From positions 264,990-328,989 of the forward strand of contig NZ_CAMIGN010000001.1 of NCBI RefSeq assembly GCF_946221935.1: a stretch of DNA of 64,000 nucleotides, read 5' to 3'. Source of the DNA: an uncultured Corynebacterium sp. Lineage in GTDB: Bacteria; Actinomycetota; Actinomycetes; Mycobacteriales; Mycobacteriaceae. The position numbers and the translations under genes are program-made. The notes below the pieces were generated by a model. The model did no database searches. It worked only from the letters and a program-made list of their open reading frames with translations, and was not told the DNA's origin. Position 1 is the first letter of the stretch; each line of letters starts with the position of its first letter. Shown in pieces: positions 19,112 to 28,312 of the stretch.

Positions 19112-20584
19112 GTGGCAAATAAAGATTCTGTGGATGTAGCACTAATTGGTGCAGGTGTTATCTCCACCACGCTGTCCGTCATGCTGAAGCAGCTGCAGCC
19201 GGACTGGAGCCAGGTGATCATCGAACGGCTGGACACCCCGGGCGCGGAATCCTCCGACCCGTGGAACAACGCAGGCACCGGGCACTCTGCACTGTGCGAG
19301 CTGAACTACACCCCAGAGGTTAATGGGAAGATCGACATTTCCAAGGCCGTTGGTGTGAACGAGAAGTTCCAGGTTTCTCGCCAGTTCTGGAGCTACCTGG
19401 TGGAGCAGAATGTGCTGGGCGACCCGTCTGAGTTCATCAACAAGGTGCCGCACGTCTCCTTCGCTCAGGGTATGGATCAGGTCGACTACTTGAAGGCTCG
19501 CTACGAGGCGCTGAAGGATCACCCGCTGTTCCCGAACATGCAGTTCAGCGATTCCGATGAAAAGTTTGCCGAGTTCCTGCCGCTGATGGCTAAGGGCCGC
19601 GACTTCAACAACCCAGTCGCCATCTCCTGGTTCGATGAGGGTACCGACATTAACTACGGTGCGCTGACTCGCCAGTACCTGGATGCTGTCACCGCCCAGG
19701 GCGTGGAGGTGCGCTACGGCAACGAGGTCAAGAACATCTCTCGCGACGGCGAGAAGTGGAAGATCACTTCCAAGAACCTGCACACCGGCGACACGTCTGT
19801 GATCACCGCGAACTTCGTCTTCGTCGGCGCGGGCGGCATGGCCCTGCCGCTGCTGCAGAAGGCCGGTATCCCGGAGATCAAGGGTTACGGTGGCTTCCCG
19901 GTATCCGGCCAGTGGCTGCGCTGCACCAACCCCGAGCTTGTGGAACAGCATCAGGCGAAGGTCTACGGCAAGGCTTCCGTGGGCGCCCCGCCGATGTCAG
20001 TCCCGCACCTGGATACCCGCGTGATCGACGGTAAGAAGGGACTGCTGTTCGGCCCCTACGCAGGGTGGACTCCGAAGTTCCTGAAGAAGGGCAGCTACCT
20101 GGATCTGTTCAAGTCCCTGCGTGTGGGCAACATCCCGTCCTACCTGGGTGTGGGCGTGCAGGAGATGGGCCTGACGAAGTACCTCATCGAAGAGGTTCTG
20201 AAGGATCAGGCGGCTCGCGTGGAATCCCTGCGCGAGTACATGCCGCAGGCTCGTGCGGAGGATTGGGAGCTGGTTACCGCTGGCCAGCGTGTGCAGGTGA
20301 TTAAGCCGATCGGTGCGCCGAAGTTCGGCTCCCTGGAGTTCGGTACTGCACTGATTAACTCCAACGACGGCACCATCGCCGGCCTGATGGGCGCATCCCC
20401 GGGTGCTTCCATTGCGCCGTCCGCGATGCTGGAGGTTCTGGAGCGCTGCTTCGGCAACCGCATCGCCGACTGGGCACCGAAGTTGAAGGAGATGATTCCT
20501 TCCTACGGCACCCGCCTGGCCAAGGACTCCAACCTGTTCAACGAGCAGTGGGATCGTTCCCAGAAGGCTCTGAAGCTGGTCTAA
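19112..20584 (+). CDS. mqo: Malate:quinone oxidoreductase
   Basis: FAD-binding 'VALIGAGVISTTL' is present. The 490-aa protein is Mqo-like throughout, with a GTG start. Confidence 0.9.
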   Translation: MANKDSVDVALIGAGVISTTLSVMLKQLQPDWSQVIIERLDTPGAESSDPWNNAGTGHSALCELNYTPEVNGKIDISKAVGVNEKFQVSRQFWSYLVEQNVLGDPSEFINKVPHVSFAQGMDQVDYLKARYEALKDHPLFPNMQFSDSDEKFAEFLPLMAKGRDFNNPVAISWFDEGTDINYGALTRQYLDAVTAQGVEVRYGNEVKNISRDGEKWKITSKNLHTGDTSVITANFVFVGAGGMALPLLQKAGIPEIKGYGGFPVSGQWLRCTNPELVEQHQAKVYGKASVGAPPMSVPHLDTRVIDGKKGLLFGPYAGWTPKFLKKGSYLDLFKSLRVGNIPSYLGVGVQEMGLTKYLIEEVLKDQAARVESLREYMPQARAEDWELVTAGQRVQVIKPIGAPKFGSLEFGTALINSNDGTIAGLMGASPGASIAPSAMLEVLERCFGNRIADWAPKLKEMIPSYGTRLAKDSNLFNEQWDRSQKALKLV

Positions 20585-21897
20585 GTACCGCAGTAGGTCG
20601 TGAACTCGGCTTCCTCGCGCGGCACTGCCGCATGGAGGCCGAGTTTTTCGTATTTATCGTCCCATTCAAAGGGATTTTGCAGCGCCTCCAGCGCCAGTAG
20701 ATAGCGGGTCATGTCACCCTTGTCGGCCTGTTCTAGCGCTGCCTGCATGCCGTGATTGCGTGGGAGGTAGATCGGGTTACGAGGATGCGGATCGTACTCC
20801 GACCAGCGTTCCGTCCACTCAGCGGAGCCGGGAGTGGACTCCAGACCCTGAGGAATAACACCGGGGGTCAAGTTCGCCAGCATTGCGTTGTAATCGGGCG
20901 CGGCGACCTGCAACAGGTCCAGCAATTGCTCTGCACAATCTGGCGCTCCTAGTGCAGCTGCCATCTGCGCGTCCCACGCCTCGGCATATCGCGGCTGGAA
21001 GCGGTAAAGGCGCTCTGTAAATTTTTTGACGCCCTCATCCACCAGTGGCACCAGCGCCTCAGCTAGGCGTGCGAGGTTCCACATCATGACAGCGGGCTGC
21101 TGGCCGTATGCGTAGCGGCCACGGGTATCGATCGAGCTATACACCGTGTCGGTGGCGAAGTAGTCCATGAAAGCGCAGGGACCGAAGTCTATCGTTTCGC
21201 CGGAAATCGCGACGTTGTCAGTATTCATCACACCGTGGATAAAGCCGAAGCGCATCCACTGGGCGACGAGTTCGGCTTGGCAGGTGACGGTGGCGTCAAA
21301 AAGGTCGAGGGGAGAAGAACCATCCGGAAAGTGGCGGGCAAGTGTGTAGTCGACGAGGCGCTCGGTGACTGTCGGCCCCATCAGGGCGGCGTATTGGAAG
21401 GTGCCGATACGGATATGGGAGCTGGCGACTCGCACGCCAATGGCACCGGGGTGAAGTCCATTGCGCATGATGGTGCCGCCAGTGGTGAGGACTGCCAGCG
21501 AGCGGGCAGTAGGCACACCGAGAGCGTGGAGGGACTCGGCGAAGGCATACTCCTTCAGCGCCGCATCGAGGGGATAATGGCCGTCACCGCCGCGTGAGAA
21601 GGGGGTACGACCAGTGCCTTTGGCATGGATATCCCGGCCGTCTTCGCGCAAGAGAAGTGCACGACCATCTCCCATACGGGGATTGAATTGACCAAATTGA
21701 TGGCCCGCATAGCCGAGTGCAAAGCACTTCCCCTGGCCAGTAAGGAAATCGATGCCCGCGGGGCTGCGGAGCCACCCTGGATCTAAGCCGAGGTCCATAG
21801 CCAACGGTTCGTTAAGCACCAGTACCTGCGGATCGGGGAAGGACTCACCGACGCAGGGCAGTGCGAGTTCCGGGAATTCTTCAGCGAAGGTATTCAT
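20581..21897 (-). CDS. selO: Protein adenylyltransferase SelO (YdiU/UPF0061)
   Basis: 'GYAGHQFGQFNPRMGDGRA' is present. Pseudokinase-fold blocks 'HGVMNTDN' and 'DFG' are present. The start at 21897 is 'MNTFAEEF', with an alternative at 21909. Confidence 0.8.
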   Translation of the reverse strand: MNTFAEEFPELALPCVGESFPDPQVLVLNEPLAMDLGLDPGWLRSPAGIDFLTGQGKCFALGYAGHQFGQFNPRMGDGRALLLREDGRDIHAKGTGRTPFSRGGDGHYPLDAALKEYAFAESLHALGVPTARSLAVLTTGGTIMRNGLHPGAIGVRVASSHIRIGTFQYAALMGPTVTERLVDYTLARHFPDGSSPLDLFDATVTCQAELVAQWMRFGFIHGVMNTDNVAISGETIDFGPCAFMDYFATDTVYSSIDTRGRYAYGQQPAVMMWNLARLAEALVPLVDEGVKKFTERLYRFQPRYAEAWDAQMAAALGAPDCAEQLLDLLQVAAPDYNAMLANLTPGVIPQGLESTPGSAEWTERWSEYDPHPRNPIYLPRNHGMQAALEQADKGDMTRYLLALEALQNPFEWDDKYEKLGLHAAVPREEAEFTTYCGT

Positions 21898-21931
21898 GGT
21901 GCTGACCATTGTAGGGGTAGGCTGAGAACTC

Positions 21932-22663
21932 ATGAGTGAGACAGGCAAAGTGGTGCTCATTGGCGGCGGACCAGGGGCGTGGGACCTTATTACGGTGCGC
22001 GGCATGCACGCGCTGCAAGAAGCCGACGTGATCTTGACCGACCACCTGGGGCCAACCAACGAGCTGGACAAACTCTGCGACGTGGGGGCTAAGGAGGTCA
22101 TCGACGTCGCCAAGCTGCCCTATGCCAAGCAAGTGAGCCAGGAGAAAACCAACGAACTGCTGGTGGAACACGCGCGGGCAGGTAAGAACGTTATTCGCCT
22201 CAAGGGTGGGGATCCGTTTGTGTTCGGGCGGGGGTTCGAGGAGGTTCAGGCATGCGCGGCCGCGGGGATCGCGTGCGAGGTGATCCCCGGCGTGACCAGT
22301 GCAGTGAGCGTTCCTGCTGCTATCGGTGTGCCGGTTACACAGCGCGGAGTGGTCCATGCGTTTACCGTGGTCTCCGGCCACGTGGCGCCGGATAGCCCTC
22401 GTAGCCTAGTGGACTGGCGAGCGCTCGCGGCCTCTAAAGCCACACTGTGCGTAATCATGGGCGTGCGCAATGTCGCAGCCATTGCTGCAGAACTCCAGGC
22501 CGGGGGCTTAAGCGCAGACACTCCGGCAGCTGTGATTCAGGAGGGCACCACGGAACAGCAACGCGGGTTCCGCTGCACACTCGGCACTCTGGCGGAAACC
22601 TTCGAGGTTAACCATGTGACCTCCCCGGTGGTGTATGTGATCGGCGAGGTGGCAGGGCTCTAG
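21932..22663 (+). CDS. cobA: Uroporphyrinogen-III C-methyltransferase (CobA/SUMT)
   Basis: 'VVLIGGGPGAWDLITVRG', 'LKGGDPFVFGRG' and 'EVIPGVTSA' are the class III tetrapyrrole methylase motifs. Confidence 0.85.
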   Translation: MSETGKVVLIGGGPGAWDLITVRGMHALQEADVILTDHLGPTNELDKLCDVGAKEVIDVAKLPYAKQVSQEKTNELLVEHARAGKNVIRLKGGDPFVFGRGFEEVQACAAAGIACEVIPGVTSAVSVPAAIGVPVTQRGVVHAFTVVSGHVAPDSPRSLVDWRALAASKATLCVIMGVRNVAAIAAELQAGGLSADTPAAVIQEGTTEQQRGFRCTLGTLAETFEVNHVTSPVVYVIGEVAGL

Positions 22664-23385
22664 ACCACCAGGGCGAGTTCCGTGGACGTTTCCTCGACGT
22701 TAAACCCGGCGGTACGGGCTATGTCGGCGACTTCACTAGGCGAGGAAGCTACGGGGTGCTGAACCAGGGCGCGAGCTAGCAGACCCTTGTAATGCTTGTT
22801 GAAGTGGCTGACGACCTTGCGGCTGCCGTCCGGGCGCACTGACTCGACGCGCACAGTGACAGCCGACTTTAGCTTCCCCAGTTGCTGGTACGCTCCGGAG
22901 CGCAAATCGACCACCAGGCCGTGTTCCTCCTCCGCGCGTTCGAGCGCCTCGGTAATGGCGGAACCCCAGCGCTTCTTCAACGTGGTTCCCGGCGGCAGCT
23001 TGGTGCCTCCGGAGAGTCGGTAGTGGGGGATCGGATCCTCAGCCATCACTAGGCCAAACAGTGCGGAGCCAATAGCTAAATGAGGTGTGGTGGCGTCGCT
23101 TAGAGAAGGCGCATCGAGTGCATCGTAGAGCACACCCGTGTACCGGTGTACCGCGGGCATCGTCGGGGCGGTGCGGAGAATCTGATTGGCATCGACTTCA
23201 CCGCGCAGCTTTTCGGACAGCCCGAGAACCTGCAGGGCAACGTCCGGTTCAGCGGTGCACAGGTCTACCAGATCCTCGGTTAGCTCTTCGCGGATCGGGT
23301 TGAGCTCCGGGAAGTGCAGCGGTGCGCCGGCGGGCAGAGTACCACCAGGAGCCTTGGTTTCGGATGGGGGAAGCACAACCAGCAT
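22660..23385 (-). CDS. yaaA: YaaA-family (DUF328/UPF0246) peroxide-stress protein
   Basis: The N-terminus 'MLVVLPPSETKAPGG' matches the YaaA 'ML..LSPAKTL' start. The length is about 240 aa. Confidence 0.7.
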   Translation of the reverse strand: MLVVLPPSETKAPGGTLPAGAPLHFPELNPIREELTEDLVDLCTAEPDVALQVLGLSEKLRGEVDANQILRTAPTMPAVHRYTGVLYDALDAPSLSDATTPHLAIGSALFGLVMAEDPIPHYRLSGGTKLPPGTTLKKRWGSAITEALERAEEEHGLVVDLRSGAYQQLGKLKSAVTVRVESVRPDGSRKVVSHFNKHYKGLLARALVQHPVASSPSEVADIARTAGFNVEETSTELALVV

Positions 23386-23453
23386 TCCCAAAGACTAGCT
23401 AAACCCCCACCGATCGACACAAGTCAAAGGGGGAAAAGGTAAAGTCTTGATTC

Positions 23454-25235
23454 ATGATTACTCGGATGTCACAACTATTCTTGCGGACCCTGCGTGACGA
23501 CCCCGCAGACGCAGAGGTGCCCAGCCACAAGCTGCTGGTACGCGCGGGATACATCCGCCGCGTTGCCCCCGGCGTGTACTCGTGGTTGCCGCTGGGTCTA
23601 CGGGTTCTGCGCAACGTTGAAAAAATCGTGCGCGAGGAAATGAATGCCATCGGAGCGCAGGAACTTTCCTTCCCCGCGCTGCTGCCCCGCGAGCCCTACG
23701 ACACGACCGGACGCTGGGTCGAATACGGCGACGCATTATTCAGGCTAAAGGACCGCAAAGACGCGGATTACCTGCTGGGACCGACGCACGAGGAAATGTT
23801 CGCCTCCATCGTGAAGTCTGAGTACAACTCCTACAAGGACTTCCCGGTAATCCTTTACCAGATCCAGACGAAGTACCGTGACGAAGAACGCCCGCGCGCT
23901 GGCATCCTGCGCGGCCGCGAGTTCATTATGAAGGATTCTTACTCCTTCAATATGGACGACGAGGGGTTGGAACAGTCCTATCAGCTGCACCGCAAGGCCT
24001 ACCAAAATATTTTCGATCGTCTGGGCATCGATTATGCGATCTGCTCGGCGACCTCCGGCGCCATGGGCGGATCCGCTTCCGAGGAATTTCTGGCTGTGGC
24101 TGCCAACGGTGAGGACACGTTCGTGCGCTCTACTGACAGCGATTATGCCGCGAACGTAGAGGCTGTGGTGACGCAGGTGCCGCCGACTCGCCCGATTGAG
24201 GGGCAGCTGGAGGCCAAGGAATACGACACTCCCAATTCCGAAACCATCGAAGCTCTGGTGGAGTGGGCCAACGGCGAGGGCGTCACCATTGACGGCCGCG
24301 CCGTGGAGGCAGGCGATACTCTGAAATGCATCGTCGTCAAGGTTAACGATCCGACGCTGGACGAGGAAGGCAACCCGCGTGGTGAATCCCTGGCCGGTGT
24401 GCTGGTGCCCGGCAACCGCGAGGTAGATATGAAGCGCCTCGAAGCAGCCATGGAGCCGGCACAGGTTGAGCTGGCCGGTGAGGAAGAGTTCAAGAAGAAC
24501 CCCTTCCTGGTTAAGGGATACGTTGGACCGAAGAGCCTGGCGGACAACGGCGTACGAATGTTTGCTGATCCGCGCGTGGTGGAGGGCACCTCCTGGATTA
24601 CCGGTGCGGACGCAAAGGATCGCCACATCGTCGGAATGGTAGCGGGGCGCGATTTCACCCCGGATGGTGTCGTCGAGGCGGCAGAAGTCCTGGAAGGCGA
24701 CCCGTCGCCGGACGGCAAGGGCACTTTGACCCTGGCTCGCGGCATCGAGATTGGCCACATCTTCCAGCTGGGGCGTAAGTACACCGAGGCCTTTGATGTG
24801 AAGATTCTGGACGAGGCAGGCCGCCAGTCCGTACCGACCATGGGTTCCTATGGCGTGGGCGTGTCCCGCCTGGTCGCCGTGATTGCCGAGCAGATGCTCG
24901 ACGAATCAGGGCTGCGTTGGCCCGCAGCGGTTGCGCCCTTTGATGTGCACGTGGTCATCGCCAACAAGGATGCCGCTGCAGGTGAGGCTGCGGTGGAACT
25001 GGTAGAGACCCTGTCGAACGATGGTCTCGAAGTGCTGTTCGACGACCGACCGAAGGTTTCCCCGGGCGTGAAGTTCAAGGACTCCGAACTGCTGGGTATG
25101 CCTTTGGTAGTCGTCGTAGGCCGTGGCTTTGCCAATGGCAAGGTGGAACTCCGCAACCGGATGACGGGGGAAACCTTCGAGGTCGACTATCCGGATGCGT
25201 TGGCTGAGGTTAAGCGGGCTCTCCGCGGAGAGTAA
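23454..25235 (+). CDS. proS: Proline--tRNA ligase
   Basis: The N-terminus '[29 protein letters not shown]' is typical, and the class II synthetase core and anticodon-binding domain are present. A strong SD precedes the start. Confidence 0.9.
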   Translation: MITRMSQLFLRTLRDDPADAEVPSHKLLVRAGYIRRVAPGVYSWLPLGLRVLRNVEKIVREEMNAIGAQELSFPALLPREPYDTTGRWVEYGDALFRLKDRKDADYLLGPTHEEMFASIVKSEYNSYKDFPVILYQIQTKYRDEERPRAGILRGREFIMKDSYSFNMDDEGLEQSYQLHRKAYQNIFDRLGIDYAICSATSGAMGGSASEEFLAVAANGEDTFVRSTDSDYAANVEAVVTQVPPTRPIEGQLEAKEYDTPNSETIEALVEWANGEGVTIDGRAVEAGDTLKCIVVKVNDPTLDEEGNPRGESLAGVLVPGNREVDMKRLEAAMEPAQVELAGEEEFKKNPFLVKGYVGPKSLADNGVRMFADPRVVEGTSWITGADAKDRHIVGMVAGRDFTPDGVVEAAEVLEGDPSPDGKGTLTLARGIEIGHIFQLGRKYTEAFDVKILDEAGRQSVPTMGSYGVGVSRLVAVIAEQMLDESGLRWPAAVAPFDVHVVIANKDAAAGEAAVELVETLSNDGLEVLFDDRPKVSPGVKFKDSELLGMPLVVVVGRGFANGKVELRNRMTGETFEVDYPDALAEVKRALRGE

Positions 25236-26133
25236 TCTTTCGCGGATCCTTGCCCTGGAGTCGTTCCAGGACAGCCTCGTCGCAGGCAGTCGCCTTGAGC
25301 CAGCCAGCGGCGAACTCCACGGCCTGGGGGTTGGTTGCCTGGGCCGATATGCGCCGCAGCTCCACGGAAATGGGCAAGATAGTGGGGTAGAGATACCCAG
25401 CCGCGGCTGTCATGTTATCTGCCTTGCCCTGGGTGTATCCGGGCTCCGGTGCGGGGACTTCCGCCCCCAGCTCCTCGAGAACGTCGATGCATTGATCCCG
25501 TAGCGTGCGGAGTTCATTGGCGATCTCCTGAATGCTGGCGCTGCCATCGGGGGTGGCGTCCTTCGCGAGAGCTACTCCAGTAGCAAAAATGGCGCCATAA
25601 GTGAGCGTCAAGACAGTGCCGAACTCGGCAGCGGCGTCAGAAAACCCATCTGCGATTTCTTTGGAAACGCGCGGGGGATGGGCGTTGGTCTGAGACATCT
25701 TCTGATTTGCGGCAACATAGGCTGCGTAAAGACCTGCGACGAGCCCCTTCTGATCACCATCCAGCGCGCGCTCGTAGGCCTCCTTTAAGGAGATACCCTG
25801 GTCCGCCTGTGAGCTATCGGTGTCTAAAAATTTCTCCTTGCACTGTTGAGGTGTATTACCGTCCTTGTCTACACCGCACTGTCGAAGCGCTTCTTGCTGT
25901 ACAAGGTCATACTGCTTGCCGAGGAACTTTGACCACTTCGGGTCTCGCTGTGAGTTCTTGATCGCGGCGGCCAATCGCACAAGCTGTTCGTTGGGCTCTG
26001 GCTCTTTGGAAAATGACGCCAACCCGGTTTCACAGGCGGACAGTGTCAACCCCGCCCCAAGAAGTGCGCTGGTGCCGAGGAAACGACGGCGAGAAAGGGG
26101 CTGGCGGGAAAAGCGAGAGCTGGTCTTATTCAT
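25210..26133 (-). CDS. Predicted Tat-exported lipoprotein of unknown function, possibly ferritin-like
   Basis: A twin-arginine signal '[21 protein letters not shown]' is followed by a lipobox Cys. The 3' end overlaps proS by 26 nt, convergently. Confidence 0.5.
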   Translation of the reverse strand: MNKTSSRFSRQPLSRRRFLGTSALLGAGLTLSACETGLASFSKEPEPNEQLVRLAAAIKNSQRDPKWSKFLGKQYDLVQQEALRQCGVDKDGNTPQQCKEKFLDTDSSQADQGISLKEAYERALDGDQKGLVAGLYAAYVAANQKMSQTNAHPPRVSKEIADGFSDAAAEFGTVLTLTYGAIFATGVALAKDATPDGSASIQEIANELRTLRDQCIDVLEELGAEVPAPEPGYTQGKADNMTAAAGYLYPTILPISVELRRISAQATNPQAVEFAAGWLKATACDEAVLERLQGKDPRKITLRGEPA

Positions 26134-26175
26134 CAGGACTAGAAGTCTACTAGAAGGTGTTGCCTGCTAGACTCC

Positions 26176-26751
26176 GTGGTCATGGCATTTCCACACAAAG
26201 AGCAGCTGGAAAGCTCGCTGGGCGGGCTGGTTAAAGAATTCGGATTGGTGATCGAGGACATCAAGATCACCAAAGCCGGGGCAAAATCGGCGATCCGCAT
26301 TGCGGTGGATACTGCCGACCCACGTGCAGAACGCCCGGATCTGGATCAGCTGGAGGAACTCAGCCGGGAGGTGTCGACCCACCTGGATGAGTCGGAAGCG
26401 AAAGGCGAGATGAGCTTCGGGCCGGGGTATACCCTGGAGGTATCGACACCTGGCGTCGACTTTCCATTGACAGAACAGCGCCACTGGGTGCGCAACATTG
26501 GGCGCCTTGTGCGTACACAGCAGGGACTGCGCCGCATCGCGCAGGTCGATGGCGAAGATGTCATATTGATCACACCTGATAAGAAACAGCCCAGCGTAAG
26601 CCGCGTGCGATTCGCAGATGTCGCCGGTGCGGTGGTAGAAGTGGAATTCTCACCAGCTCCGGCAGCAGAAGCCGACCTCGTTGGACTGACGATCGAGGCC
26701 TATGGATTGTCGGGTGCGGAAGACCAGCAGGATAGTCCGGCCGAAAACTAG
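26176..26751 (+). CDS. rimP: Ribosome maturation factor RimP
   Basis: '[28 protein letters not shown]' is present. It sits immediately upstream of nusA. Confidence 0.85.
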   Translation: MVMAFPHKEQLESSLGGLVKEFGLVIEDIKITKAGAKSAIRIAVDTADPRAERPDLDQLEELSREVSTHLDESEAKGEMSFGPGYTLEVSTPGVDFPLTEQRHWVRNIGRLVRTQQGLRRIAQVDGEDVILITPDKKQPSVSRVRFADVAGAVVEVEFSPAPAAEADLVGLTIEAYGLSGAEDQQDSPAEN

Positions 26752-26760
26752 GAGAAACAA

Positions 26761-27774
26761 GTGAATATTGATATGGCAGCGCTGCGCGCAGTCGAAAAGC
26801 AGGAGTCGGTTGATTTCGATGACCTGCTAGAGGGGGTTAAACGGGGTCTGCGCGAGGCATATCGCGCAAACAGCCACTTCACGGGGCCAGTCGACGTGGA
26901 CATTGATCCTATTAGCGGCGAGGTCACCATCTACCAGGTGGAAAAAGACGAAGATGGCAATGTCACCGGTCGTATCGATGACACCCCGAAGAACTTCGGT
27001 CGCGACGGCGCGCTGGCGGTCCGGGAGGCAATTCGCTACCGCATCAACTCCGCTCGCGTACAGAGCCGCTACGACGAATACGCCGAGCTGCGTTACCGTG
27101 TGGTCTCCGGAGTGGTCTCTGCTGATGCTCGTGCGAATGAGCGCGGCGTGACCGTCGTGCACCTGGGCACCGAGGCGCGAGGCCAGGATGGGCAGATCCT
27201 GCCTGCCGAACACATCCCCGGCGAGAAGCTGGAGCACGGCATGCGCGTCAAGGCCTTCGTCACGGACGTGATTAACAATGCCAACCGCATGGTGCAGATC
27301 AACCTTTCCCGCACCCACCCGGAGCTGGTGAAGGGACTCTTCGCTCTCGAGGTGCCGGAAGTGGCCGATGGTTCCGTGGAAATTGTCTCCGTGGCACGCG
27401 AGGCTGGCCACCGCACAAAGATCGCCGTGCGATCCACTGTAAAGGGGCTCAACGCGAAGGGAGCCTGCATTGGGCCTCGCGGACAGCGCGTCTCCAATAT
27501 CATGCACGAGCTGGGAGGGGAGAAGATCGACATCATTGACTTCTCTGATGATCCGGCAACGTTTGTCGGCAATGCCCTGTCCCCATCCAAGATTGTCAGC
27601 GTGAAGGTTACCGACCCGGAGATGCAGATCGCCCGCGCCGTTGTTCCGGATTATCAGCTCAGCCTAGCCATCGGTCGGGAAGGGCAGAACGCTCGCCTCG
27701 CAGCGCGTCTGACCGGTTGGAAGATCGACATTCGTTCGGAGACCGACGCAGCCGCGGAGGACACACCCAGTTAA
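26761..27774 (+). CDS. nusA: Transcription termination/antitermination factor NusA
   Basis: The N-terminal 'MNIDMAALRAVEKQ' is followed by S1 and KH domains (the second KH motif reads 'GACIGPRGQRV'). The start is GTG with an AGGAG SD. Confidence 0.9.
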   Translation: MNIDMAALRAVEKQESVDFDDLLEGVKRGLREAYRANSHFTGPVDVDIDPISGEVTIYQVEKDEDGNVTGRIDDTPKNFGRDGALAVREAIRYRINSARVQSRYDEYAELRYRVVSGVVSADARANERGVTVVHLGTEARGQDGQILPAEHIPGEKLEHGMRVKAFVTDVINNANRMVQINLSRTHPELVKGLFALEVPEVADGSVEIVSVAREAGHRTKIAVRSTVKGLNAKGACIGPRGQRVSNIMHELGGEKIDIIDFSDDPATFVGNALSPSKIVSVKVTDPEMQIARAVVPDYQLSLAIGREGQNARLAARLTGWKIDIRSETDAAAEDTPS

Positions 27775-27807
27775 CCGTTTCCGTGGGCGGCGCGATACAC
27801 TGGACAG

Positions 27808-28119
27808 GTGGTATCCCATGAGTGCCCCACAAACAAGCACCTTCCGCTAAGGACGTGCATTGCAACAAAGCAGGTGATGGGAATAGATCACCTGCTCCGT
27901 TGCGTTGTACATCAAAGCGCGGAAGGGATTCAGGTCGTGCCTGACCCGGAAAAGAAATTGCCCGGGCGAGGCGCATGGATCACGCCGACTGTGGAGGCAT
28001 GGGAAATCGCCGTCAAGCGTAAGGCTTTCAGCCGTGCGCTGAGGGTATCCGCCAACGTGGATGCAGACCCTGTACGTGACTACATCGTCACACTGCCAGT
28101 AACAGTGGAGAATACGTGA
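27808..28119 (+). CDS. ylxR: YlxR-family (DUF448) RNA-binding protein
   Basis: 'PLRTCIATKQ…PGRGAWI' is present. It sits between nusA and infB. Confidence 0.7.
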   Translation: MVSHECPTNKHLPLRTCIATKQVMGIDHLLRCVVHQSAEGIQVVPDPEKKLPGRGAWITPTVEAWEIAVKRKAFSRALRVSANVDADPVRDYIVTLPVTVENT

Positions 28120-28312
28120 CGACCGCGAAAGTGGGCGTCAACGAAAAGGACGAGGAACTTACGTCGACATGAAGAACAACGAACACTGATGAGAACGCGA
28201 TGAAGCAGCATCAGCGATGAGTATCTACAAGTACGGGAGTCGTACGTAGCCCGGCTGCAGGTGAGCCTGCATGCTTGAGCGCACTACGGCTCCGCAAACA
28301 TGAAGGAGAGTA

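Noticed and set aside
28120-28312. A 190-nt ylxR–infB spacer with tiny ORFs (such as MKNNEH) that could be an L7Ae-like gene remnant or an sRNA.
   Set aside because: No ORF exceeds 10 codons, and there are no recognisable structure or terminator motifs. It is most simply the infB 5'UTR and internal promoter.
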